NCBI GenBank assembly: GCA_037441705.1 | Contig: JBBIRR010000054.1 | Coordinates: 1-23,705 of the forward strand | From: Ignavibacteriales bacterium | Lineage (GTDB): Bacteria; Bacteroidota; Ignavibacteria; UBA10030; UBA6906 | DNA: 23,705 bases | Direction: 5' to 3' | Shown here: positions 1-9,812 of the stretch, piece by piece | Layout: every line of letters begins with the position of its first letter | How positions within the stretch are numbered: position 1 is the first letter of the stretch | Program-made: the position numbers and the translations under genes | Notes under the pieces: generated by a model | The model's input: the letters and a program-made list of their open reading frames with translations, nothing else | What the model was told of the DNA's origin: nothing | Database searches by the model: none

Positions 1-2
1 GT

Positions 3-440
3 TCTTCCACCGTCTGGGTTCAGGCGGCAGCAAACGAGATCGGCAACATTCTCATCGGCTATCTGGATTATCGAGAGTCGGACCGAACGCTTGCCGTCGG
101 TACGCATGCACGCGGCGTGTTCACGACGCAGATTCCGAGCGGTCCGACGGACGTAGGAGAGCCGGCTGCACAGCCTGAGACATTTGTGTTAGAACAAAAC
201 TTCCCGAACCCGTTCAATCCCATAACCACGATTGGGTTCAAGCTTCCGGTTTCAGGTCATGTTACACTCAACGTGTTCGATGTAACGGGTCGAGAGGTCG
301 CGAGGTTGGTGGATGAAGTGAAGCAGCCGGGCGAATACCGTGTGCGGTTTGAGGCCGAGAATCTTGCAAGCGGAATGTATTTGTATCGCTTGACTGCCGG
401 AGAGTTTTCTCACACGCGCAAGATGGTACTCGTTCGTTAG
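3..440 (+). CDS. 5'-truncated secreted protein with T9SS type A C-terminal sorting domain (probable beta-propeller body)
   Basis: Frame is open from position 3 (SSTVWVQAAANEIGNILIGYLDYRESDRTLAVGTHARGVF...), so the listed start at 117 is internal. GTHARGVF resembles the last blade of BNR/sortilin-like propellers. LEQNFPNPFNP...LASGMYLYRL...RKMVLVR is a typical T9SS CTD. Confidence 0.85.
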   Translation, partial: SSTVWVQAAANEIGNILIGYLDYRESDRTLAVGTHARGVFTTQIPSGPTDVGEPAAQPETFVLEQNFPNPFNPITTIGFKLPVSGHVTLNVFDVTGREVARLVDEVKQPGEYRVRFEAENLASGMYLYRLTAGEFSHTRKMVLVR

Positions 441-448
441 CTGAGCCC

Positions 449-2080
449 TTGATGCGCTTTCTTTTTCCTGTCCTGTTCCTGCGGCTGATGCTGGAGCTGT
501 CCGTTGCCCAGATCAGCCGCAATGTTTCACTCTTTGGTAGGCTTGCTCCCAATCCGTTCCGCTACTCGGGAAGCTGGAGTTACGTTGCGCCTGACGGAAC
601 CGAGTACGGCGTGCTTGGCGGCTACACGGGTACACATGTCATTGCCATCACCGACTCGACCTCGTTGCAAGAAGTGGGGTTCGTTGCAGGTCCGCAATCC
701 AACTGGCGCGAGGTTACCGTTGTCGGACACCATGCGTACGTGGTGACGGAAGGTTCGGGCGCTGGTCAAGGTATGCAGGTGATTGATCTCTCGCCGCTGC
801 CGGACTCGGTTCATCTCGTGACGACGTACACCGTCACGTTCACGCGAGGGCACATCATCGGGCGGGATGTGTACAGCGACTCAGCGTGCGTGTACGTCAG
901 CGGCACATCAACAACAGGGGGCGTGCACATTCTCGATGTGTCCAACCCTCGCGTGCCGGTGGAGGTGGGACTGTATGATCCTCCATATTACATTCACGAT
1001 GCTCACGTGCGCGGCAACCGACTCTACGCGGCAGCCGGCGGATTGCGAACGATGGACGTCGTAGATATCTCCAACAAGCGCGCTCCGGTTCTGCTGACGC
1101 GCATTCAGTACGCGGGGGCGTACACGCATAGCTCCTGGACGACGGACGATCATCGGTTTCTTTTCGTGGCGGATGAGCAGGATGGACAACCCGGACGCAT
1201 TTTCAACATCGAAAACCTCAGCGCTGTTCATGAGGTAGCACAGTACTCGGCCAACCGCCAGAGTCTCGTACACAATCCCTACATCCGCGGACGTTACGCC
1301 TTCATCTCCCACAACACCGAAGGACTGCGTGTTGTTGATATTGCCGATCCTTCACTGCCGGTGGAGGTTGGGTATTACGACACTTGGACAGGTCCCAGCG
1401 GTGGATTCAACGGATTGTGGTCTGCATGTCCGTTTCTCCCATCCGGAAAGATTATTGGGGGAGATAGAGTCGGTGGCCTGTATGTTTGGCGCTTCAACGA
1501 TGCTCGCGCGGTCCGAGTCTATGGTTTGGTGAAGGACACGATGAGCAACATTGTGCCGTTTGCGCAGATTGCAATCGTCCAAACCGGCCGAACAGCGATT
1601 GCGGACTCCGCGGGAAGATTCAAGATCGGCGAGGAGCGTCCGGCGGGGTCTGAACCTATTACGTTCACGCTCCGCGCCACGGCGCCGGGCTTCCTTCCCG
1701 AAAGTACGAATGTGCAGTTTACCGTTCGCGATTCGGCTGTGCTGAATCTGATCCTTCGCTCTGCGTCCACCGGAGCGCCCGAAAGCGCAGCCGGGTCATC
1801 GGGGTTCAGACTTCATCAGAATACTCCCAATCCGTTCAACCCCACGACGACAATCCGGTACTCGCTTTCTTCTGATGACGTGAGCGGAATGAAGTCGCCT
1901 GTCACCCTGAAGGTGTTCGACGTGTTGGGCAGAGAAGTCGCAACGCTGGTTGCCGCGCCGATGGAAGCCGGGACGCATGCCGTAGAATTCAACGCCGCCG
2001 GTCTCGCAAGCAGCGTGTATGTCTATCGCTTGAGCGTGAACGGTCGTTCCGAAACCCGCACCATGGTGATGCTTCGATGA
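449..2080 (+). CDS. Choice-of-anchor B / LVIVD-repeat protein with carboxypeptidase-regulatory-like domain and T9SS CTD
   Basis: Hydrophobic N-terminal signal; repeated motifs GMQVIDLS, GVHILDVSNP, GLRVVDIADP; His motifs YIHDAHV, YTHSSW, VHNPY; VYGLVKD...ADSAGRF domain; C-terminal QNTPNPFNP...TMVMLR. Exact start (TTG 449 or ATG 452) uncertain. Confidence 0.85.
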   Translation: MMRFLFPVLFLRLMLELSVAQISRNVSLFGRLAPNPFRYSGSWSYVAPDGTEYGVLGGYTGTHVIAITDSTSLQEVGFVAGPQSNWREVTVVGHHAYVVTEGSGAGQGMQVIDLSPLPDSVHLVTTYTVTFTRGHIIGRDVYSDSACVYVSGTSTTGGVHILDVSNPRVPVEVGLYDPPYYIHDAHVRGNRLYAAAGGLRTMDVVDISNKRAPVLLTRIQYAGAYTHSSWTTDDHRFLFVADEQDGQPGRIFNIENLSAVHEVAQYSANRQSLVHNPYIRGRYAFISHNTEGLRVVDIADPSLPVEVGYYDTWTGPSGGFNGLWSACPFLPSGKIIGGDRVGGLYVWRFNDARAVRVYGLVKDTMSNIVPFAQIAIVQTGRTAIADSAGRFKIGEERPAGSEPITFTLRATAPGFLPESTNVQFTVRDSAVLNLILRSASTGAPESAAGSSGFRLHQNTPNPFNPTTTIRYSLSSDDVSGMKSPVTLKVFDVLGREVATLVAAPMEAGTHAVEFNAAGLASSVYVYRLSVNGRSETRTMVMLR

Positions 2081-2180
2081 AGAGTTTCAGTCTGCGACTT
2101 GTGTTTCGTCGGGCATCGCCGTACCTTCGGGTACACAGCACACGGCGATTCATGGTTCGCATCTCATTCTCATCAAGCTG

Positions 2181-3062
2181 ATGTCGGCACATTCGATTAG
2201 ACTTCTCCTGCACAATGCGATTGATTACGCGGGCTTGTTTCCGCCCGCCGCGCTGGACATGGCAGAGGCGGTAGCCAACTACGCGCAGTACAGGAACGAT
2301 CCGAACGCCTGGGCGCTGGGGCGCTTCATTGTTCCTGTTGCTCGCCTGCGCGAGTTTGAAGACGAAGCCATGAAACTCGTCGGCGACGGGTCGTGGAAAC
2401 TCAGTGCACTTGGCGGGCCGAACATCTCTCTGGAGCAACGAATCATCGCGGAATTCAACGTCAAGCATGGCGGACGGTTCATGATTGACACACTTGAGGT
2501 GAAGGCAGCGACAGCCAGTGAGATTCACTCGTTGCTCTCGCTCGCTGTGGCCCCGTTGCATGTATTCGTCGAGATTCCCATCGTCGAGGACCCGCTCCCG
2601 CTTCTTGCGATCCTGCGCGGAACAAAGTATCGCGCCAAGGTACGCACCGGAGGCGTTACGCCGGACGCGTTTCCTGAGAGCGATCATCTTGCTCGGTTTC
2701 TTCTTGCGTGTGTTCAGGTGGGCGTTTCCTGCAAGGCAACGGCGGGGCTGCATCATCCTCTTCGGGCCATCTACCGTCTCACGTACAAGCCCGATAGTGT
2801 AAAGGGAAAAATGTACGGCTACCTCAACCTCCTGCTTGCCGCTGCATGTGCGTGGCAGGGATTGGCGCGCGACGAGATCAGACACGTGTTGGAAGAAGAA
2901 GCGATCGAAGCGTTTGAGTTTCTGGACACGGGAGTGACGTGGCGAACGCATCACATTTCCAATGATGTGCTGCGCGAAACACGCGAGCATTTCCTTCTTT
3001 CCTTCGGCTCGTGCTCGTTTCGCGAGCCTGTCGATGAGTTACACCAGCTTCACCTGTTATAG
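2181..3062 (+). CDS. Conserved hypothetical protein (DYAGLFPPA / KVRTGG / KATAGLHHP motifs), co-oriented with fahA
   Basis: 293-aa ORF with enzyme-like motifs; ends 14 bp before the fahA ORF. Confidence 0.8.
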   Translation: MSAHSIRLLLHNAIDYAGLFPPAALDMAEAVANYAQYRNDPNAWALGRFIVPVARLREFEDEAMKLVGDGSWKLSALGGPNISLEQRIIAEFNVKHGGRFMIDTLEVKAATASEIHSLLSLAVAPLHVFVEIPIVEDPLPLLAILRGTKYRAKVRTGGVTPDAFPESDHLARFLLACVQVGVSCKATAGLHHPLRAIYRLTYKPDSVKGKMYGYLNLLLAAACAWQGLARDEIRHVLEEEAIEAFEFLDTGVTWRTHHISNDVLRETREHFLLSFGSCSFREPVDELHQLHLL

Positions 3063-3076
3063 AACCCGGCATTCGT

Positions 3077-4384
3077 ATGATGAACGAAACCCACGACCCG
3101 AAACGTACGTCCTGGGTCGAGTCTGCCAACCGGCCCGACAGTGATTTTCCCATCCAGAATCTTCCGTTCGGTGTTTTCAGGAAAAAAGCATCCGGATTGC
3201 GACACGTCGGCGTTGCCATCGGCGACATGATTGTGGATGTGACGGCTGCGCGCAACGAAGGACTCTTTTCGGGTATTGCGGAAGAGGCAGCGGAGGCATG
3301 CTCGGCCGAAACGCTCAATCGCTTCCTCGCATTGGGCAGGGGCCACTGGTCGGCATTGCGACACCGGCTGAGTGTGTTGCTCTCGGAGACAACAGAACGA
3401 AGCCGCGTTGAGCGATGCCTTGTCGGCGTGAATGAAGTGGAGATGCAGATGCCTGTGGACGTGGGCGATTACTCAGATTTCTACGCGTCCATTCATCACG
3501 CCACAAATGTCGGCAGCATGTTTCGGCCCGACAATCCTCTCCTTCCGAACTACAAGTATGTGCCGATTGGATATCATGGCCGCGCGTCGTCTATCGTCGT
3601 CAGCGGAACCGCAATTCGGCGTCCCGTTGGACAAACCAAGGGGGATGCCGACCCCGCGCCGATCTTCGGTCCCACCAAACAACTCGATTATGAAGTCGAG
3701 GTAGGATTTTTCGTCGGTCCCGGCAACGCATTGGGCAAAGCGATCCCCCTTGCGAAGGCGGAAGACCACATCTTCGGCTTGTGTATCGTCAATGATTGGT
3801 CGGCGCGGGACATTCAACGCTGGGAGTATCAACCGCTGGGACCGTTTCTCTCGAAGAGCTTTGCGACGAGTATCTCGCCGTGGGTTGTTACACTCGAAGC
3901 GTTGGAGCCGTATCGCTGCCCGGCGTTTGCGCGTCCGCCCGGGGACCCGCCGCCGCTTCCGTATCTCGATGCAGCCGCGAACGTCATGCGCGGCGGACTC
4001 GACCTGACGTTGGAGGTGTGGCTCTCTTCCGAGCGCATGCGGAAGGAAGGCATGCCGCGCGTGCTGGTGAGCCGCGGCAGTTTTCGTGAGATGTACTGGA
4101 CGCTTGCGCAGATGCTCACGCATCATGCAAGCAACGGCTGTAATCTGCGTCCCGGCGATTTGCTCGCCAGCGGCACCGTGAGCGGGCCCACGAAAGAATC
4201 ACGCGGGTGCCTCCTCGAACGCACGTGGCGCGGCACGGAACCGCTGCATCTGCCAACAGGCGAGACGAGAACATTTCTGGAAGATGGCGATGAAGTGACG
4301 ATCCGCGCTTACTGCGAGACGCGAGACCGATCGGCGCGTATCGGTTTCGGTGAATGCACTGGCCTCGTGCTGCCCCCGTTGTGA
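3077..4384 (+). CDS. fahA: Fumarylacetoacetase
   Basis: SDFPIQNLPFGVF, GDYSDFYASIHHATNVG, YHGRASS, LDYEVE, NDWSARDIQRWEYQPLGPFLSKSF, GDLLASGTVSG, IGFGEC motifs. Confidence 0.97.
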   Translation: MMNETHDPKRTSWVESANRPDSDFPIQNLPFGVFRKKASGLRHVGVAIGDMIVDVTAARNEGLFSGIAEEAAEACSAETLNRFLALGRGHWSALRHRLSVLLSETTERSRVERCLVGVNEVEMQMPVDVGDYSDFYASIHHATNVGSMFRPDNPLLPNYKYVPIGYHGRASSIVVSGTAIRRPVGQTKGDADPAPIFGPTKQLDYEVEVGFFVGPGNALGKAIPLAKAEDHIFGLCIVNDWSARDIQRWEYQPLGPFLSKSFATSISPWVVTLEALEPYRCPAFARPPGDPPPLPYLDAAANVMRGGLDLTLEVWLSSERMRKEGMPRVLVSRGSFREMYWTLAQMLTHHASNGCNLRPGDLLASGTVSGPTKESRGCLLERTWRGTEPLHLPTGETRTFLEDGDEVTIRAYCETRDRSARIGFGECTGLVLPPL

Positions 4385-5886
4385 CGACTCACGTTCGTGT
4401 TCGCAATTCCATTACAATCTCGTTCTGCGCGCTCGCCCTGCGCTGTCCGAAGATAGAGAGGTTGAAGCGGAGCGTGCGACTTCCGTATGCCGTCACGGAT
4501 CAATGCGACGCACGACCGAATGAATTGCTTCACAGTTTCAGACGAAAACCAGCCCTCGTTGCGGACGGCGCGACGCAGGCGCCAGAGTTCCTTTCCTACT
4601 CGATGCTGGAGGGATTCCCAGAGAACCACCGCGTCGCGCAGGCGATGGGTGCTCAGGAACCACTTCCTTCGTGCAGCATACAACGTCAGTGTCCAGTTCG
4701 GTTCGTCGTGTGCTGCGAGTGCATATTTATAGTGTTCTACGCCGCGCATGAAATCGAACACCCGCCGTCCCTCTTCGATTGCCTGACGGATGTTGTAGCA
4801 ACACATGACGATGCCGGGACTCAAAGAGCGGGCACAATGTCTGCCGCTCATCCCCAATAAGTAGAGTGCGTGGGTTGCCCCATAGACGAACGCGTACGTG
4901 CCGGCGACGCGCTGACCGGCAAGGCGTAAGAATCCCAACCGAACATACCCGCGCCGAAAGAGTTCGCCGATCACCTCACGATGGAATGCCAGTGTTGCGC
5001 TCTCGGCGAACACGCCCGGCTCGCCTCGATCGCTCCAGCCTTGTTGATGCAGTGCCACGAAGTCCTCGAAGGCGTGCCCAAGCTCGCGTTCATCCGTGAT
5101 GGTTTCGAACTCGGCTTGAAAGCGCTCGCGCAGCTTGCGCTCACGCCGCCGGCACTCGTGCCGCTCCTTCTTTGAGAGGCGGTGTACATACTGCTCGCGC
5201 AGCTTGCGCTCACGCCGCCGGCACTCGTGCCGCTCCTTCTTTGAGAGGCGGCGTACATACTCCTCCCAACTTTGCGGTAAAATGATGGAGGGGCATTGCT
5301 CGTTGACCTCTGCTGTGCCGTTCAGACCGACTCGATGCGCTGCCTCGAGCAGCATCGTGAGCGAAGCCGATCGGTGCGGGATGTCCTCGAGCAGAGCAAA
5401 ATCCCACTGTCGGCGAATCACGACAAGATGCCGGGCGAGTTGCGCATACACTTCGTCCTTCTCCGCACCGTGTCGGATGATGACATCGAGGTAGTCGGAA
5501 TGTCGGCGACCGAGGAACCGCAGGCACGTCAGCGGCACGAAGCCGAACAGCCGCACGCGCTCGATGTAAAAGGGAGCAATCGCCACAACGTTGCCGTCGC
5601 GTGCGATGACCACGATATGCAAGCGTGTCTCCTTCGCTCGGGCATGGTGTCTCCACCACGTACGCAGCCAAACGAAGTCTTGAAAAACCGTGCAGGCCGA
5701 GTGCTGCACAAGCTCGTTCCAGCTCTCTTCTAATTGATCGAAATCCGCCTCGCGCGTGATGACGCGGAGACTCCAGTCCGCCTCATCGAACGCTTGCTGC
5801 GTTGGAAGAGAGGTGCGGAGATGTCCTATTGCTCCTTCGATGAAGTGTGCTTCGTGCATGATGAGCGGCGCGTCAATCAAGTTCAT
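4309..5886 (-). CDS. GNAT family N-acetyltransferase, CelD/BcsL (Acetyltransf_6) type
   Basis: WNELV...VFQDFVWLRTWW, SDYLD, SPGIV, FDFMRGVEHYK motifs. ATG at 5886 (MNLIDAP) preferred over the ORF-track start at 6030. The 3' end overlaps fahA convergently by 76 bp. Confidence 0.88.
   Translation of the reverse strand: MNLIDAPLIMHEAHFIEGAIGHLRTSLPTQQAFDEADWSLRVITREADFDQLEESWNELVQHSACTVFQDFVWLRTWWRHHARAKETRLHIVVIARDGNVVAIAPFYIERVRLFGFVPLTCLRFLGRRHSDYLDVIIRHGAEKDEVYAQLARHLVVIRRQWDFALLEDIPHRSASLTMLLEAAHRVGLNGTAEVNEQCPSIILPQSWEEYVRRLSKKERHECRRRERKLREQYVHRLSKKERHECRRRERKLRERFQAEFETITDERELGHAFEDFVALHQQGWSDRGEPGVFAESATLAFHREVIGELFRRGYVRLGFLRLAGQRVAGTYAFVYGATHALYLLGMSGRHCARSLSPGIVMCCYNIRQAIEEGRRVFDFMRGVEHYKYALAAHDEPNWTLTLYAARRKWFLSTHRLRDAVVLWESLQHRVGKELWRLRRAVRNEGWFSSETVKQFIRSCVALIRDGIRKSHAPLQPLYLRTAQGERAERDCNGIANTNVSRHNGGSTRPVHSPKPIRADRSRVSQ
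5124..5261. repeat. 69-bp in-frame tandem duplication within the GNAT gene
   Basis: 5124-5192 and 5193-5261 are identical except one base (ggtgtaca vs ggcgtaca); gives YV[R/H]RLSKKERHECRRRERKLRE twice. Confidence 0.97.
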
Positions 5887-6143
5887 AGTTGCTTCTTCTA
5901 TGCCAGCACGCACCTCTGCCCATTCGTGCCGGACAAGTTCGATGATGAGAAAGCAGAATATCAGGTTGGGAACTTTGGTAGGGAGATTTGTAGATTTTGC
6001 ACGCCGGTGGGCGAAGAGCGCATGAGGCACGTTGGTTGGAATCGCACTATTTCGTTATATTTGCTGGCGCTGAAGTACACTCCTGCATCGACGCGATTGC
6101 TGCAGCGATTTGATTCGTTGAGAGAACGTCCCAACACAACCTC

Positions 6144-7817
6144 ATGAGCGAGAACAAGATTATTTTTTCGATGGTCGGTGTCGGTAAGGTGGTCAAGCCC
6201 AACCGACAGATTCTGAAGGACATTTACCTGTCGTTCTTCTACGGTGCGAAGATCGGCGTGCTGGGACCGAACGGCGCGGGCAAGAGTACGCTGCTGAAGC
6301 TCATCGCAGGAGCTGACACAGATTATCTTGGCACCATCACGGCTCAGAAAGGAATCACCTTCGGCTATCTCCCGCAGGAACCCGAGCTCGATCCCACGAA
6401 GACGGTGAGAGAAATTGTCGAAGAGGGTGTTGCCGACACAGTGAAGCTCTTGAAGGAGTATGAGCAGGTGAGCGCCCGGTTTTCCGAACCCGATGCCGAT
6501 TACGACGCGCTGTTAGAGAAGCAAGCGAGTCTTCAAGAGAAGATTGATCATCGGAACGCGTGGGATCTTGACAGCAAACTGGAGCAAGCAATGGATGCAC
6601 TCCGCTGCCCGCCCGGCGACACGCCCGTGCGCGTTCTGTCGGGAGGCGAGCGCCGCCGTGTGGCACTCTGCCGCTTGTTGCTGCAGGAACCTGACGTGCT
6701 GCTGTTGGACGAACCGACCAACCATCTCGATGCAGAGACCGTTGCGTGGTTGGAACAGCATCTCGCCCAGTACAGAGGCACCGTCCTCGCCGTCACGCAC
6801 GATCGCTACTTCCTCGACAACGTTGCAGGATGGATTCTGGAGTTGGATCGGGGCGAAGGCATTCCGTTCGAGGGGAACTATTCGGCGTGGCTCGAACAGA
6901 AGCGTCAGCGTCTTGCAATCGAGGAGAAGCAGGAATCGAAACGGCAGAAGGCGCTGGCAGAGGAGTTGGAATGGGTTCGCATGAATCCCAAGGGCCGGCA
7001 TGCCAAGAGCAAGGCGCGCATCGCCGCCTACGAAAAGATGCTCGCGGAACAACGGGAGCGGCGCGACGAGGAGTTGGAGATCTACATCCCTCCGGGTCCC
7101 CGCCTCGGCAATGTGGTGATCGAAGCGGAAAACCTGACGAAGGCGTATGGCGACAGGCTCCTGTTCGAAGACATGAACTTCTCACTGCCTCCCGGCGGGA
7201 TCATCGGCATCATCGGTCCGAACGGTGCAGGCAAGACGACGCTGTTCAAGATGATCGTCGGTCAGGAGCGTCCCGATGCGGGCACGATCCGCATCGGCGA
7301 GACGGTGAAGTTAGGCTACGTGGATCAGAATCGGCCGCTGGATCCGAACAAGACAATCTGGGAAGAGATTTCCGGCGGCGAGGACATCATCATGCTCGGC
7401 AATCGTGAAGTGAACTCGCGAGCGTACGTCGCGCGCTTCAATTTTACCGGCACGGATCAACAGAAGAAGGTGGGCGTGCTTTCCGGGGGAGAGCGCAACC
7501 GCGTGCATCTGGCAAAAGTCCTGCGCGAAGGCGCCAACGTGTTGCTGTTAGACGAGCCGACGAACGATCTCGATGTCAACACGCTGCGCGCCTTAGAGGA
7601 GGCGTTGATGAACTTTGCCGGCTGTGCTGTTGTCATCTCGCACGACCGCTGGTTTCTCGATCGCGTTGCGACGCACATCCTGGCGTTCGAAGGGGATAGC
7701 AAGGTGGTGTGGTTCGACGGCAATTACTCCGAGTATCATGCCGACATGCTAAAACGCTACGGCATCGAAGCGGAGCGCCCGCATCGCATCAGATACAAGA
7801 AGCTCACGAGGTCATAA
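6144..7817 (+). CDS. ettA: Energy-dependent translational throttle ABC-F ATPase
   Basis: ILKDIYLSFFYGAKIGVLGPNGAGKST; two ABC domains (LSGGE, LLLDEPTN); linker ELEWVRMNPKGRHAKSKAR; C-terminus PHRIRYKKL. Confidence 0.97.
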   Translation: MSENKIIFSMVGVGKVVKPNRQILKDIYLSFFYGAKIGVLGPNGAGKSTLLKLIAGADTDYLGTITAQKGITFGYLPQEPELDPTKTVREIVEEGVADTVKLLKEYEQVSARFSEPDADYDALLEKQASLQEKIDHRNAWDLDSKLEQAMDALRCPPGDTPVRVLSGGERRRVALCRLLLQEPDVLLLDEPTNHLDAETVAWLEQHLAQYRGTVLAVTHDRYFLDNVAGWILELDRGEGIPFEGNYSAWLEQKRQRLAIEEKQESKRQKALAEELEWVRMNPKGRHAKSKARIAAYEKMLAEQRERRDEELEIYIPPGPRLGNVVIEAENLTKAYGDRLLFEDMNFSLPPGGIIGIIGPNGAGKTTLFKMIVGQERPDAGTIRIGETVKLGYVDQNRPLDPNKTIWEEISGGEDIIMLGNREVNSRAYVARFNFTGTDQQKKVGVLSGGERNRVHLAKVLREGANVLLLDEPTNDLDVNTLRALEEALMNFAGCAVVISHDRWFLDRVATHILAFEGDSKVVWFDGNYSEYHADMLKRYGIEAERPHRIRYKKLTRS

Positions 7818-7823
7818 CGAATT

Positions 7824-8195
7824 ATGGCAAAGATAACTTTCGGTTGTGGCATTGCGCTGATTCTGGTCGGCGTGATCGGTTATGCAGCGGCCGGCGCTCC
7901 GTTAATTCCCGCGGCTATCGGTTTTCTGTTCTTGAGCTTTGCCATCATGGCAAGGAATGAACAATTACGCAAGCACGCTATGCACGCGGCGGCGGTCGTC
8001 GGGCTCTTGGGATTGTTCGGCTCGATGGGTGGCATCTGGGAGGTTTTCAAGGCGATGGGAGACGGAGCGGTTGACAATCCGGAAGCAGCAATTGCGCGTG
8101 CACTCACGGCGCTCATCTGCCTGACGTTTGTTCTTCTGGCCGTCAAATCGTTTGCCGCAGCCCGGCTACTCAAGAAAGACGAGCAGGCACGTTAA
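7824..8195 (+). CDS. Small integral membrane protein (about 4 TM segments), hypothetical
   Basis: Four hydrophobic stretches, LIPA and RKHAMHAA motifs; starts 6 bp after the ettA stop. Confidence 0.8.
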   Translation: MAKITFGCGIALILVGVIGYAAAGAPLIPAAIGFLFLSFAIMARNEQLRKHAMHAAAVVGLLGLFGSMGGIWEVFKAMGDGAVDNPEAAIARALTALICLTFVLLAVKSFAAARLLKKDEQAR

Positions 8196-8309
8196 TCGCT
8201 CGGCTTACTTCCAAGGGTGGAGATTCATCGCCGAGCGTGTCAACGCGCAACGGCGTTCATCGGCGCAATGCCGCTGTTCTTTCTTATCACACTTGACGGA
8301 GGCCACTCC

Positions 8310-9674
8310 ATGACGACTCGCCGCGAATTCCTTCAGCAAACCGCCGTTCTTTCGGCCGGCGTCCTGTTATCCGACCCACTCCGCTCGCAGCCGAAGCGCA
8401 AGAAGCCTCGTGTTGTCGTCCTCGGCGCGGGACTGTCGGGGCTTGCCGGTGCATACGAGCTGAGCAAACACGGAAGCGAAGTAGTTGTGCTCGAAGCCCG
8501 CAACAGAATCGGCGGCAGAGTCCTCTCCCACGAAATTGATCCCGACAAGAAACTCACCATCGAACTCGGCGCGGAATGGGTCGGCAACTCCCACGAACGG
8601 ATCATTGCGCTGTGCAAAGAGTTCAATCTCGACCTCTTCAACAATCAATTCGATACACATCTCATCTACAAAAATGAATACGCTGCAAGCGGGAAGTGGG
8701 GATACTCGGACGAATGGCAGGCGACGTTTGAAAAACTCCTCGCCGATTTCGGCAAGATGTCCGAAGCGCAGAAGCGGGCGCTCGACAAAACGGATTGGTG
8801 GCGCTACCTCATCAACCACGGCATCAGCGAGCGCGACGTAGATTTGCGTGAGCTGGCGGACAGTACCGACTTCGGCGAAAGCATTCGGCATGTGTCCGGC
8901 TATTCGGCTATAACCGAATATGCCGAGTCCAGTCCCAAGAACGAAATGGATATGAAGATTCGCGGCGGCAACAGCAGACTGCCGCATGCCCTTGCGGATC
9001 GGATCGGGCGTGAGAGAATCAAGCTGCAGCACAAGGTCGTTGCTGTGAGGCAGGAGCAGACCTCTATCACCGTTACATGCGAGAACGGTTCGACGTTCGA
9101 ATGTGATTTTGTTCTGTGCACGATTCCAACATTTGCAATCGGCAAGATTCGCTGGCTGCCCGGGCTGTCGAAAGACAGGGTGATGGCACTGAATGCCCTG
9201 CAGTATTGCCGCATCAACAAACATGCGGTGTTGTTCCGCGAGCGTTTCTGGCAGGAAGAAGCGTTCGATCTCCTCACCGACTCGAACGCCCATTACTTCT
9301 ATCATGCGACCAAGAACCAGGCAGCGCCGCAGGGCGTTCTGATCTCCTATTCCATCGGCGACAAGGCCGATGTGATTGCGCGACAGAACAACGAGTATCG
9401 CAAGCGCATCGTCGTGGACGCGCTGCAGCCGGGCTTCGGCGATGTGTCCGATAAAATCGTCCGACAGGTGAACTACTACTGGGGCAACGATCCGCATTCG
9501 ATGGGGGCGTACGCGATCTACGCAAAAGATCAATGGTTCACGCTGCGACCGATTCTTGCCAAACCGCACGGACGAGTCTTCTTCGCCGGCGAGCATCTCG
9601 CGGACTGGCAGGGATTCATGGAAGGGGCCGTGGTGAGCGGCGAAGAGGCTGCGCGAGCCATACTCGGTGTTTGA
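8310..9674 (+). CDS. Tat-exported flavin-dependent amine / L-amino-acid oxidase family protein
   Basis: GGAGG at 8298-8302 precedes ATG 8310; MTTRREFLQ twin-arginine signal; VVVLGAGLSGL...LEARNRIGGR FAD-binding motif, ELGAEW, FFAGEH...GFMEGAVVSG. Confidence 0.92.
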   Translation: MTTRREFLQQTAVLSAGVLLSDPLRSQPKRKKPRVVVLGAGLSGLAGAYELSKHGSEVVVLEARNRIGGRVLSHEIDPDKKLTIELGAEWVGNSHERIIALCKEFNLDLFNNQFDTHLIYKNEYAASGKWGYSDEWQATFEKLLADFGKMSEAQKRALDKTDWWRYLINHGISERDVDLRELADSTDFGESIRHVSGYSAITEYAESSPKNEMDMKIRGGNSRLPHALADRIGRERIKLQHKVVAVRQEQTSITVTCENGSTFECDFVLCTIPTFAIGKIRWLPGLSKDRVMALNALQYCRINKHAVLFRERFWQEEAFDLLTDSNAHYFYHATKNQAAPQGVLISYSIGDKADVIARQNNEYRKRIVVDALQPGFGDVSDKIVRQVNYYWGNDPHSMGAYAIYAKDQWFTLRPILAKPHGRVFFAGEHLADWQGFMEGAVVSGEEAARAILGV

Positions 9675-9686
9675 ACGCGCGGCGTG

Positions 9687-9715
9687 TTGACTCTCTCCAC
9701 CATCCGCCATATATT
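9687..9715 (+). promoter_or_regulatory. Sigma70-type promoter of the thiamine operon
   Basis: TTGACT (9687-9692), 17 bp spacer, TATATT (9710-9715); ends 10 bp before the riboswitch P1 stem. Confidence 0.7.
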
Positions 9716-9725
9716 ACAAGCGAAA

Positions 9726-9812
9726 CCGTTAGGGGTGTCCCGACAAAAACACAGCGGGACTGAGATCACACCCTAGGAACCTGATCTGGATCATACCAGC
9801 GTAGGGAAACGG
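9726..9812 (+). ncRNA. TPP riboswitch (THI element)
   Basis: P1 ccgtt/aacgg; AGGGGTG...CTGAGA...ACCC..GAACCTGATCTGGATCATACCAGCGTAGGGAA consensus; lies upstream of an operon containing thiamine pyrophosphokinase. Confidence 0.97.

Noticed and set aside
6032-6063. Possible ettA promoter (TATATTTG, fitting either a -10 box or Bacteroidota TAnnTTTG)
   Set aside because: Upstream element is ambiguous; too weak to call.
8367-9710. 447-aa minus-strand ORF
   Set aside because: Antisense shadow of the amine oxidase gene with no recognisable motifs. The same applies to 1989-2990, 11589-12647 and 13232-14140.
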